From Octopus sinensis (lineage: Eukaryota), in assembly GCF_006345805.1 (NCBI RefSeq), contig NC_042998.1, positions 206,398,001-206,462,000 on the forward strand: DNA of 64,000 nt. Direction: 5' to 3'. The notes below the pieces were generated by a model. That model searched no databases, was not told where the DNA came from, and saw only the letters and a program-made list of their open reading frames with translations. Of this stretch, positions 46,906-59,255 are shown in pieces; positions within the stretch are counted from its first letter, which is position 1, and each line of letters starts with the position of its first letter. The position numbers and the translations under genes are program-made.

Positions 46906-47002
46906 CTGTGAATGCTTTCGGAATCGTTGTGAGGAACTGTTTTTGTGTGCGAACTTGGATGCCATTACTCGGATCACTCATCTGCTTCACAAGCTGTTCC
47001 AT
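46906..47002 (-). CDS. RGS9/RGS11-like: R7-family RGS coding exon, start of DEP domain: MEQLVKQMSDPSNGIQVRTQKQFLTTIPKAFT(G)
   Basis: Minus strand reads gttgttgttgtttcag|ATGGAACAG...TTCACAG|gtaaaa. The exon is 97 nt, phase 0 to 1. The peptide matches the R7 RGS motif M-x-x-x-x-x-x-M-x-D-x-x-x-G-(I/V)-x-x-R-x-x-K-x-F-L-x-x-I-P-x-x-F-x-G. Absent from the ORF track because it is too short. Confidence 0.93.
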
Positions 47003-47919
47003 CTGAAACAACAACAACATCAAATAATTAGTGAATTAATTTACATTGTGCTTTAGTTACTTACATAAATGTTTTCTTATTTTCTTAATTTAATTAGATT
47101 ACATTTTTGGTCATTGTAAAAGACAAATTAGAATTCATCATCACCATCATCATCATCACCATCATTCCCTCTCTCTCTTTCGGAGAGGCACTGAGCTATA
47201 CACACACATACACACACGGCAGTAACTTCCACCTACCAAATTCAATCACAAAGCTTCGGTCGACTCGGGGCTATAGCAGAAGACACCTACCCAAAGTGCC
47301 ACGCAGTGGGACTGAACCCGAAACCATGTAGCTAGGAAGCAAGCTCCCTAACCACACAGCCATGTCGTCACCATTTTAATATATGCTTTTATGTGCTGTA
47401 GATGGATTATCTACAGCTGGATGTCTATCCAGTCACCAACCTTCACCTGTTTCCAAGCAAAGTGATATTTCTCCAAGGCTAAACATGTTTTTCACAGAAG
47501 AATAAGAATCAATGACACTGCTTGTATGACAGTGAAACTCATTTACAACTATCATATGATGTCAAGACAAGGGTACACATACATACACACAACACATGCA
47601 TATGGGTGTGTGTGTATATATATATGTGTGTGTGTGTGTGTGTAGGATGGTTAGTTTGCCAATAAGCACATGCAGTTCATGTAATCTTCATTTTAGCTTC
47701 ATTATTATTATCATTATTATTGAGTGAAAGAACAATTCATGCCATGAAAGTGACACTGGGGTAAAATATATGAAGCCCAGTATACCCATTATGACTACCC
47801 GTCTGATAGGGGTACACCAGACACATGCAAAACTGTTCAACAAACGGAAACATGAAACTCTGAGTAACAGTTTTTGTGATGCTGTTGCAGCTTTATTAAG
47901 TATATATTATCATCATCAT

Positions 47920-48200
47920 GTGACCGACCAGTCCATCAGATGTAGTTACACATCGCTGGTCACAATGCGTTCGCATTGTTTTAGCCTTCGAATGACGCCA
48001 CCCCGCTGGCTAAGCGAGCAGGCCAACAGAAGAAAGAGTGAGAGAAAGTTGTGGCGAAAGATCACCACCCCCTGCCGGAGCCTCGTGGAGCTTTTAGGTG
48101 TTTTTGCTCAATAAACATTCATAACGCCCGGTCTAGGAATCGAAACTGCGATCCTACGACCGCGAGTCCACTGCCCTAATCACTAGGCCATTGCGCCTCC
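47920..48200 (-). mobile_element. SINE family C (tail iii)
   Basis: Colinear with 63520-63810. Confidence 0.85.
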
Positions 48201-48837
48201 ACATTAAGTATATATATATAAATAATGGGCCCTTTCGCACACAACCTCTATATATAGCTTATGCCAGCATGGAAGGTGGACGTTAAACAATGATGTTAAA
48301 CTAGGCTTACAAAGAATATGTTCTGGGGTCAATTTGTTCAACTAAAGGTGGTGCTCCAGTATGGCCACAGTCAAATGACTGAAACAAGTAAAAGAATAAA
48401 CAAATATATATATGTAACAGGTTTCTTTCAGTTTCCATCTACTAAATCCAATCACAAGGCTTTGGTCGATGTGAGTCTATAGAAGACACTTGCCCACTGC
48501 ACCACGCAGTGGGACTGAACCTGGAACCATGTGGTTGGGTAGCGAACTTCTTACCACATAGCCATGCCTGTATCTTGTCTCACACACACATACTGTGTCA
48601 CAGTCATTCTGCCAAACAATTTCCTTAATGGTACATGGGTCTGAGGTATACTCAGTCACTTATGTGCATTAATTCTGGTGATTGAACAACTTGAATATTC
48701 ATGATTGAAATCGATGGAGATCCCTTTAGATAATCTTTAACATGGATTAACACATCAGGTCAATGTTCTGCATGTTTATACATGCAGCACACACATGTAT
48801 ATAGAATATGTACACACACAAACACATCTTTAGTCGA

Positions 48838-49337
48838 CTGTGAAGACCCTGCAAATAAAGCGAGTTCACAGCTGTAACCTACACCAGTGTCGCATAACCA
48901 GCTCCAACCCACTCAAAAGTACCTTGGATCGTAGGGCGACATGCTGTGCTAGGGTGACGTGCCATGCTTGAGGAGACCTATTGAGTCACGTACATCAAAA
49001 TCAAATGTAGTTGTGATCCCTGTGCCAGAGCCACGTAAAAAGTACCATCCGAACGTGGCCGATGCCAGTGCCGCCTTGACTGGCTTCTGTGCCAGTGGCG
49101 TGTAAAAGGCACCAACCGATCGTGGTCGTTGCCATCCTCCTCTGGCCCGTGTCGATGGCACGTAAAAAAAGCACCCACTACACTCACGGAGTGGTTGGCA
49201 TTAGGAAGGGCACCCAGCTGTAGAAACACTTCCAGATCAGACTGGAGCCTGGTGCAGCCTCCTGGCTTCCCAGACCCCAGTCAAACCGTCCAACCCATGC
49301 CAGCATGGAAAACAGATGTTAAACGATGATGATGATG
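48838..49337 (+). mobile_element. RTE 3' end
   Basis: ORF-end-like 5' part, hairpin array and (GAT)n. Confidence 0.8.
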
Positions 49338-49931
49338 AACCTACTATCTCACACACACAGATGTTTAATGAGATCATCACCAGCACACATAACTCCTGCC
49401 CCACCTCCTCTTCTCATTAAAAAAAAAACCTTTGAAATTTAATTTTAATTTCTTTCTATTTGAATATTGAAAATAAGAGATAAGAGTCTTATGTAATTAG
49501 CATCGTTATCATCATCGCTCTTGCTTCCATCACCACCACCATTAAAATAATTAATACATTTGTGCCAGATATATAGAATCATCATCGTTATCATCATTTG
49601 CATCCGTTTTCCATGCCGGCATGGACTGGATGGTTTGACAGGGGCTGGCAAGGCTGAGTGGCTGTACCAGGCTCTGATTGTATGTTTTGGTTTGGTTTCT
49701 ACAGCGGGATGCCCTTCCTAATGCCAACCACTTTCCAGAGTGCACTGGGTGGGTTTTTTTGCTTTTTTTTTGATGTGGCACCAGCACCCATAAGCTCACA
49801 AGACAAAGAACTCTCAGCTGAGAAAAGGAGCAAAACTGACAGATTAGAGTTTGATAGAATGGTATGATTACCATTTCTCATTACAACACTGCAACCAATG
49901 CTGTTTATATCATTGTTGTTATTATTATTAT

Positions 49932-50436
49932 TGAGTGAGAGAGCAGTGCATGCCATCAAAGTGACACTGGGGTAAAATATACGAAGCCCAGCATACCCAT
50001 CATGACTACCCGTCTGATAAGGGTACACCAGGCAAATGCATCACAACTATATGTGCGCAACATGGTGATCTCATATCAAGACAAACAGCACATGACCTTG
50101 CAGGTGGGGCCCAGTTAGAATTTTCTTCTGGTCGAGTAACCCTTCCCACTCGAAAGGTCTCTGAATAAGGGTTATTTAAGGATGTTGAGCAAAACACTTA
50201 TGTTTCCAAAGGTGAATTATTCAAACCCCCAAAATCCTTCTCAATACATGGCTATGATGCTCCCCCATTACTTCTGCTCGTGATCAGAGATGCACATATC
50301 GTCAGCCACGAAGGGACATGCTCAACTGGTTACGGTCAAACAACTGACAAGCAAATCTGTGGTATTGAGCAGAATATTTGCTGTAGCCCATCTTTTGTAA
50401 CAAGACAAAACAATGTACATGATAACACTTCCAATC
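49932..50436. mobile_element. ~555-bp (ATT)n-associated element, truncated copy
   Basis: Colinear with 57986-58541. Confidence 0.8.
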
Positions 50437-50786
50437 AGTGACTGAGTATACCTCAGACCAGTGTACCATTAAGGAAATTGTTTGGCAGAATCACTGTGAC
50501 ACAATGTGTCACAGTGTGTGTGAGACAAGGCACAGGCATGGCTATGTGGTAAGAAGTTCGCTACCCAACCACATGGTTCCAGGTTCAGTCCCACTGCGTG
50601 GTGCAGTGGGCAAGCATCTTCTATAGAATCACATCGACCAAAGCCTTGTGAGGGGATTTGGTAGATGGAAGCTGAAAGAAGCATGCTGGGCAAAATACTG
50701 CTACGTTCAATTAACTTATGCTTGCCCTCAAAATTTCAGGTCTTGTGCCCTATAGCAAAAAGGGTTATGATTATTATCATTATTAT

Positions 50787-51526
50787 TGAATGAGAGAGCA
50801 GTGCATGCCATCAAAGTGACACTGGGGTACAAATATACTTCTCGTCTAATAAGGGTACATCAGGCACATGCATCACAACCATATGTGCACATGACATTGT
50901 AGGTGGGCCCAGTTAGAATATTTTCTTCAGGTCGAGTAACTCATTCTGCTGAAAAGGTCCCTGAATAAGGGTTGTTTAAGTATGTTGAATGAACCACCCA
51001 TGTTTCCAGAGGTGAATTATTCAAACCCTAAAGAATTCCTCTTGACTGTGGCTATGATGCTCCCCCACTGCTCATGATCAGAGATGCACATATCGTCAGC
51101 CACTAAGGGACATGCTCAACTGGTTAAGGTCAAACAACTGACAAGTAAATCTGTGGTATTGAGCAAAATAGGTGGCGAGCTGGCAGAATCGTTAGCACGC
51201 CGGCGAAATGCTTAGCGGTATTTCGTCTGCCGTTACGTTCTCAGTTCAAATTCCGGCGAGGTCGACTTTGCCTTTCATCCTTTCGGGGTCGATAAATTAA
51301 GTACCAGTTATGCACTGGGATCGAGGTAATCGACTTAATCCATGTGTCTGTCCTTGTTTGTCCTCTCTGTGTTTAGCCCCGTGTGGGTAATAAAGAAATA
51401 GGTATTGAGCAGAATATTTGCTGTGGCTCATCTTTTTATACCAAAGACAAAACAATGTACATGATAACCCTTCCAATCAGTTAAGATCAGAATTTGTAAC
51501 AGCCACTGCCTGGCAACACATCAGGG
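50787..51526. mobile_element. ~555-bp (ATT)n-associated element with SINE B inserted (51171-51400, TSD GGTATTGAGCA[A/G]AATA)
   Basis: Colinear with 57986-58541. TSD at 51155-51170 and 51401-51416. Confidence 0.8.
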
Positions 51527-51781
51527 AAGAATATTAGTAATATTTTAAAAGTTTTGAGATTAAGTCCGTTCAAGTGAGCTTTGTTTTTCATCATTTCAGT
51601 GCCGTTAAAAATTAAGTGGAAGTCAAGCACACGGGGTCAATTTAACTTACAACTTCTAAATTGATTTCGGAATCATTAAAACCTTCATAATTTACTTGTA
51701 ATCAAAATCACTTTTGTTTATTTGTAATTAATTCTTGTTTTCTTAATTATTCCCATTAGGGCAAATGGAAACCGATCATAG

Positions 51782-52065
51782 TTATTATTAAAGCTGTTGT
51801 ATGTTCCGCTATTTAGCAGGAATGATGTCTTGAGATTCAATAACAACAAGTCTCCTCAAAACTGAAGAATCTTTCTTGGAATTCGTGCAGAATCTTGAAT
51901 GGCACTGCAGGTCAACAACGCAGATCCCAATTCCAAGTCCAATTCAAATTCTTCAATAGCAGTTTCGGTGTGTTGTGCCAAGTGTACCAAATTACCATGA
52001 GAGCAATTCTCGCATCTGTGTTCCACAATCACTTCGTCTCTCTCGCTAGGTCCTAATATTTGCAA
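51782..52065 (-). mobile_element. R4/Dong-like LINE 3' end with (TAA)n tail
   Basis: Frameshifted KLWNTDARI..VIGTLGTT, ICVVDLQ and SARIPRKILQF*GDLL, followed by TAATAATAA. Confidence 0.65.
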
Positions 52066-54129
52066 TATCATCATCATCAGTAGTAGTAGTTGTAGTAGTA
52101 GGAAGGAAGCAGTTCTTTCAACATTTTACATTCTGAGTTCAAATTCTGTTGCGGTCAAGCTTGCCTTCCATCTTTTTTTTGGAGGCAGGAAGAAGGGGGG
52201 AGGAAGAACAGGAGGGGGAAGAACAGGAGGGGGAAGAACAGGAGGGGGAAGAGCAGGAGAGGGAAGAGCGGGAGGGGGAAGAGCGGGAGGGGGAAGGGGT
52301 GATAAAAAGTACCAGTCAAGTACAGGGTTTGTTGTAATCAACTTACGGCCCCTTTAAAAATTGCTGGCTTTGTGCCAAAATTTGAAAGAACAACAACAAT
52401 TCTAATACTAATAATTATTATCATCATTCTTCTTTTATTTACTCTAGTCATTTGACTGCAGCCATGCTGGAGCAGGACTTATTCTTTCTAAGCCTAGTAC
52501 TTATTATATTGATCTCTTTTGCCAAACCACTAAGTTACGGGGATGTAAACACACCAACATCGGTTGTCAAGCAATGTTGGGGGGAACAAACATGGACACA
52601 CAAACATATACAACAGGCTTCTTTCAGTTTCGTTATCATCATAGTCGTTTAATGTCTGCTTTCCATGCTGGCATGGGTTGGACAGTTTGACTGAGGACTG
52701 GTAAGCCAGGAGGCTGCACCAGGCTCCAGTCTGATCTGGCAGTGTTTCTACAGCTGGATGCCCTTCCTAACACCAACCACTCCATGAGTGTAGTGGGTGC
52801 TTGTTATGTGCCACTGGCACAGAAGCCAGTCAAGCGGTACTGGTATCGGCTGTGACAATGATTTCACTCAACTCAACAGGTTTTCTCAAGTTTCCATCAA
52901 CCAAATCCATTCGCAAGTCTTTGGTCAACCCAAGGCTATAGTAGAAAACACTTGCCTAAGGTGCCACACAGTGGGACTGAACCCGGAACCACGTGGTTGA
53001 GAAACAAACTTCTTACCACACAGCCATGCCTGTTAATATAGTACAGATGCAAATATCAAACAGTTTTTTAAGGGAGCATGCTGCTGGTGGAGGCATTAGA
53101 GGATCAGAGAAAATATTTTGTGGTGCTCCTCCTGGCCTTTTATGTTCTGAGATCAAATCATACCAGGGTTAACCTTGCCTTTTATCCTTTCAGAAGTCAA
53201 TAAGATAAAGTACCAGTGATGTATTGGGGCCAACAATATTGACTAACTCTCCCTTCAAAATTGCTGGCCTTGTATCTGAATTAGAAGCCACTATTTTTGT
53301 TTGTTTGTTCTAAGACACATTACTAACCAATCATTATTTGATCATTTTAATTAATTACGATAGCTATTACTGTTATGTAATTATAATTATTAATGGTGTT
53401 AATTAAATATAGAAATAGCTCAGATAAATTATTGTTAATACAATTATGAATTTCTGTCTGTTAACTTCATCTTTAAAACTAAAACATTTCCCAATATTTA
53501 TACACACAGACACACACAAAGGCATGCATATAAACACACACATATATATACATACACATATGCAGTACTAGGGACTGTAAGAGAGACAGAAGTTGAATGG
53601 AGAGAATAATTCTTTTGGGACATGTCTTATGCGTTCTGAGACAACTTGCAGTTAAAATGTATCTTTATCAATGAAGGCCCCTATTTCCATGCTGGTGTGG
53701 GTTGGACAGTTTGACAGGAGCCGATAAGGCCAGAGAGATGCACCAGGCTCAAATTGTCTATTTTGGTCCTTCCTCTCACCAACGCTTACTTGTTTCCAAG
53801 CAAGATTATATTTCCCCCGTGGCCGGACATGTTTTCATGGAAGATTGGAAATGAATGACACTGCTTGCATGTGGCTGACATTCACATACAATCATCACCT
53901 GAAATCAGGGCAAGGAGATAACAACACACACACACACACACACACACACACGATGGGCTTCTTTCAGTTCTTGTCTACCACCACTCACAAGGCTTTGGTC
54001 ATTCCAGAGCTGAAGTAGGAGACACTTAAGGGGTCACACAGTGAGACTGAATGTGCAGCCATGTGGCTGATGCTTTTTATTACATTCCCAGGCTGACCAA
54101 AGCCTTGGGAGTGGATTTCAAAGACAGAA

Positions 54130-54425
54130 ACGGAAGCCAGTTGGCTGCTCTGGCAACAATCACACTCATATGGTGCTCTTTGCACCCCGCTAGCACGGAT
54201 GCTAGTCATTGAATTTGATTTCACTTGCCTCAACAGGTCTTCGCAAGCAGAGTTTAGTGTCCAAAGAAGGAAAAGGTACGCATAAGCGGGCTGGTTACGC
54301 TCCTGGCATGGGCCACAGTTTATGGTCTCATTTGGCTTGCTGGGTCTTCTCAAGCACAGCATATTTCCAAAATTCTCGGTTGCCAGTCATTTCCTTGGTG
54401 AGGCCTAATGTTCGAAGGTTGTGTG
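54130..54425 (-). mobile_element. RTE ORF C-terminus joined to the 3' UTR
   Basis: NLRTLGLTKEMTGNREFWKYAVLEKTQQAK* runs directly into the UTR seen in the many (GAT)n-tailed fragments. Confidence 0.8.
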
Positions 54426-55179
54426 TATACTTGTTTACAATGTGCAGTCTTGTTGATGTCGGTTCCTTGCCAACAAATCACACTTTTAATGTTGCATGGA
54501 ATAAGACGTAAGGGTTAGCAGCAGGAAGGGGATCCAGCCGTGAAACAATGCCTCCGTAACATGTTTATCTAACCCATGCCAGCATGGAAAAAAACAGACG
54601 TAAATCCAACTAAAAAAAGTTTGGTGGATTAGCAAAATTGATGGAGTGGACAAATGAATTTTGGCATTTGTTCCATCTCTTTAAGTTGTGAGTTCAAATC
54701 ACACAGGAGCTGATAAAATAAAGTATCAATGATGATGATGGTGACAAGAGAGATGGTGAAAACAGTTAATGATGACTGATGATTAATGATGATGATCATG
54801 ATGACTGATGATGATTGATGACGCACATGATGTTGACAAGGATGTTAAGTTTCTTCCTGTAGCTTCATTCTATGTTGTTTATCAACTTTTCTATTTCTTG
54901 TTTCACTTTCACTTTTGTCTGCTTACCCCACCCTCCTTCCTCTTTGTTCTTATTTATTTTATTTTATTTTATTCTATTTATTTCAGTGAATAAAAGATTT
55001 CATTATGACAATTCCACATCATCTTTATCTTGATGCAACAAGAAATTCATGCGTTGGATGGAGTTTTTTCATTTTTTTTTTTCTCTCTTTGTTTTGTTTT
55101 TATCTTTTTTCAAGATATGATCTTTCTTTAAAAGAAATGGAGGAAGAGAGAGAGAAAGAGAGGATGATGAAAAACGAGG

Positions 55180-55465
55180 AGTAGTGGTGGTGGTGGCAGT
55201 TGTATTAACAGTAGTGGCTGTAGTAGTAGTAGTAGTGATTCTTGTAAAGGTGGTGGTACTGGTGGCAGTTGTAGTAGTAGTAGTGGCTTTAGTAGTAGTA
55301 CTAGTAAGTGGTTCTGGTACAGGTGGTGGTGGTGGTAGTAGTAGTAGTGGCTTTAGTAATAGTGGTTCTGGTAAAAGTGGTAGTATAAGTAGTAGTGGCT
55401 TTAGTAGTAGTAGTAATAGTGGTTGTGGTAGAAGTGGTGGTGGTGGTAGCAGTTGTAGTAGTTGT

Positions 55466-55550
<85 letters not shown>
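55180..55550. repeat. Compound (GTA/GTG/TAT)n microsatellite
   Basis: Directly visible. Confidence 0.95.
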
Positions 55551-56268
55551 AAAGCAAAAAAAGAAATCAAGTGGTGTTTCTTCGTATATGCTGCTTCCAG
55601 CGCTGGCCTAGAAAGTTCTAACTACCCCACCCACCCACCACCCTTCCCCTGCAACTTTAAAATCAATTGATTTATTGTTTTGTTACTTAGCAACAAGATA
55701 TTTTGCACGAAAGGAATCAAGAATTAATTATTATTCAATATGGACTTTTTAAAAACATTTTTTTCTTTTTTTAAAAACATAAAAAAAGAAAGAGAAGAAC
55801 CATTGATGCAAAATGATGGAATATTCAAAGAAAAAAAACAAACAAACAACAAGCAAAAAAAAAACTGCTTTAAGCCTTGTACACAGGTTGAAAGGATCTT
55901 TAACACAGGTTGAAAGGATCTTTAAATTTACATTATTATATTGGATATTTATTGTGTTCAGTGCCCTTAGCAGGCCGTGTAATTCTTCTCCTTATCTCCG
56001 TAAGTTTGCCAAACAGGCTCCGGTTCTTATTACGGCAGAGCTGAAGTTAAATGGTTAGAAATATAAAAAGGAGATGCCAATTAAAGTGGTGTGAGGTGGG
56101 GGAGAGAGAGAAAAAGAATAATGGCTTTTTATAAGGTCAGGCCATTATCACAGAAGATTATGTAAAACAATATTTATATATATATATATTATATATATAT
56201 ATATATATATATGTGGTGCCCCAGCATGGCCACGGCCTTCGGCTAAAACATTTTTAAGGATTTTAAGG

Positions 56269-56321
<53 letters not shown>

Positions 56322-57952
56322 TATGTATATATATGTGTGTGTGTGTGGCAGAAACGTTAGCAGGCTGGGCGAAATGCTTAGTCGTATTTCGTCTGTCTTT
56401 ACATTCCGAGTTCAAATTTAGCCGAGGTCAACTTTGCCTTTCATCCTTTCAGGGTCGATAAATTAAGTACCAGTTGCGTACTAAGGTCGGTCTAAAGGAC
56501 TGCACCTTCCCCCCCCAAAAAAAAATTGGGGGCTTTGTACCTAGAGTAGAAGAGACTATATCATCACTGTCGTTTAATGTCCGTTTTCCATGCTGGCATT
56601 GACTAAATGGTTCGACACATATGCTAATTGCCTTTCCAAATGCCAATTAGCATACAAAGTGTTCAGGATGCTTCTACAAGTCACTGGTACTTTAATACTG
56701 ATAATAAAACTCCTTCTAACTATTTTGAGGGGAGGAGTAGTCTCAGTGCCAGTGTATGAAAGTGGGAATGACCACACTAATATTTATGTTTCCATATTCT
56801 TGGAAATGTGCAAAGATTACTTAAATAAAACATCATACAGGCAACAGTGAATGTGATAAGTAAAAGTCTTCATTGCACAAAATATTCAAATTTTTATGAA
56901 AATTGTTCATAGTTATCAGAATAAATAGAAAAAGTGAAAACACCTCATCACAAAACTGACCAACAGAGTTCTGTGTAGTACCTGAGATTGTTTTGTTTGG
57001 GTGTTCAATATTCCAGCTTTTTATAACATTTAGTCAAACTTCTAGAACTTTTGACAAAACTATTTGGTGGGGAAATTCATAAAATTTACTTTTAAGTCTA
57101 CCATTTATTTGCTAAAACACCAACCAATCTGATTTGTGGAACCATATTCATGTAGGTGTTAATGCTTTTAATAGCACTATAATTAGGAAACAGTCCTAAG
57201 CTGGGAGATTTGAATGAGTCAGGTGTTCATTGATTAAACAATTGAACACAGACAGGGAAATTCTGATTGAGATCCTTTAATTGTTGTTGTTATTATTTTT
57301 TAGTTCTGATAGGTGCCCTCACACCTTCCTCCAAGATGCAGCATGCTGAACAAAGAGGGGAGCTGGTTTAGTCACTGATGACCTGACCATGACTGACAGG
57401 AGTGGGAGTACATGGTTACCCATTGTCTCCCGGAAGAGACCTCAGGGTACAGGAGCGCTGACCTTGTCCCTCACCACACCAAACTATGACCCTAATGGTG
57501 GAACAAGCAGAGGACGATAGATTTCTGAACTCAACGATTGATTCTTGCAGAAGAGGGCAATGTCAGACGAACTGGTTAGAAAGGTGCAGCTCTAATAAAA
57601 TTGGAGCTAGCAGCATTCCATTGCTACCCATCTTCCAGACCCTATGTGACTCCAGGGGGGCCTCCCCTTGGCAGCAAAGAGATCTCCACCATAAACAAAC
57701 TCACACCATTGGCTGGGTTTTTTTAAAATCCAACTCCCCCACCCTTTTTTTGCCTAACAGCAATGGGGTAAGGATGGTGGGAGCAGGCTTCGGTGAAACT
57801 ACAGGCTCCTAGTTGGGACCTGCATGCTGGTGGCAGATGCAAGATAGTCGCCTTCCTGGGACCTGGTGACAACCCAGGGACTTGGTCCTACATCTGTGAC
57901 TGGGTAGGCCTATTTGGGAACATTGCTGCTCATCCTGAATGAGGGGGAGGCC

Positions 57953-57985
<33 letters not shown>

Positions 57986-57986
<1 letters not shown>

Positions 57987-58541
57987 GAGTGAGAGAGCAG
58001 TGCATGCCATCAAAGTGACACTGGGGTAAAATATACGAAGCCCAGTATACCCATCATGACTACCCGTCTGATGAAGGTACACCAGGCACATGCATCACAA
58101 CCATATGTGCGCGACATGGTGATCTCATATCAAGATAAACAGCACATGACCTTGCAGGTGGGACCCAGTTAGAATTTTCTTCAGTTTGAGTAACCCATCC
58201 CGTTCAAAAGGTCCCTGAATAAGGGTTGTTTAAGGATGTTGATAGAACCACCCATGTTTCCAGAGGTGAACTATTCAAACCCCAAAGAATCCCTCTCAAC
58301 ACATGGCTATGATGCTCCCCCACTATTTCTGCTCGTGATCAGAGATGCACATATCGTCAGCCACTAAGGGCCATGCTCAACTGGTTAAGGTCAAACAACT
58401 GACAAGTAAATCTGTGGTATTGAGCAGAATATTTGCTGTAGCCCATCTTTTATACCAAGACAAAATAATGGACATGATAACACTTCCAGTCAGTTAAGAT
58501 CAGAAGCCATGAGAGCCACTGCCTGGTACTGCTTCAGGGCA
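57986..58541. mobile_element. ~555-bp element flanked by (ATT)n on both sides, complete copy
   Basis: TGAGTGAGAGAGCAGTGC...CAGGGCA between ATT repeats. A fourth partial copy lies at 47721-47826. Confidence 0.85.
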
Positions 58542-58864
58542 TTTTATTATTATTAATATTATTATTATTAAGGTCGTCGACTGGAATTCTTTTTGGTTCT
58601 ATTTGTTCAGATTTAAACAAAACAAATTTTTCATTTGTATAACCCCTCCCAGGACTACTCTTTCATTTACTCTCACTCCTCCTCTTCTGTTTCTGTGATA
58701 CTTTTTCTCTCACTGTAAAGTGTACCTCTATTCATTGCCTGCCACCAAGCCTAGTATGTGCACCCATCCTGCACCTTTCATGTTGACACTATCTCTCTCT
58801 CTCTCCCTACATTATGTAAAGTACAACTGGAGAAATCAACAAACTGACCAATCAATAATAGTGG

Positions 58865-59255
58865 CTATCATCATTGTCATTGTTGTTGCTGTTGAACAAA
58901 GTGGTCTTCGTCCCATGTCTGTAGTGGGAGAAGTCCGAAACATGGTCCTTTGCTATTCGTAAGACCCGCAGAAGAGAAAGCAGGTCAACCCCCGACACCG
59001 AGAGCATCGACGGATGGATGAATGCGCATCCAGGCTCAACGGTTGCGTAGGAAGTCGGGGACAAGAAACAGGAAGAAAAAGTAAGAGAAAGTTGGAGCGA
59101 AAGAGTACAACAGGGGTCGACACCACCCCCTGATGGAGCCTCGTGGAGCTTTTAGGTGTTTTCGCTCATTAAACACACACACAACGCCCGGTCTGGGAAT
59201 CGAAACCGCGATCCTCCGACCGCAAGTCCACTGCCCTAACCACTGGGCCATTGCA
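58865..59255 (-). mobile_element. SINE family C (tail iv)
   Basis: Family C head and core followed by a tail not seen elsewhere in the window, ending (CAA)n. Confidence 0.8.

Larger units (their letters stand above)
14657..47002 (-). other. RGS9/RGS11-like: Partial R7 RGS gene body (3 exons; introns 29514-46905 and 14709-29352)
   Basis: Three exons with GT-AG boundaries and compatible phases give a continuous DEP-domain peptide. The gene presumably extends past both ends of this span. Confidence 0.9.

Noticed and set aside
55961-55998. Plus-strand 38-nt segment with ttgtgttcag acceptor and gtaagt donor
   Set aside because: It is isolated, has no partner exons and gives no recognisable peptide.
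57365-57405. CTGATGA followed by a CCTG/CAGG stem
   Set aside because: There is no GAAA after stem II, so it is not a hammerhead.
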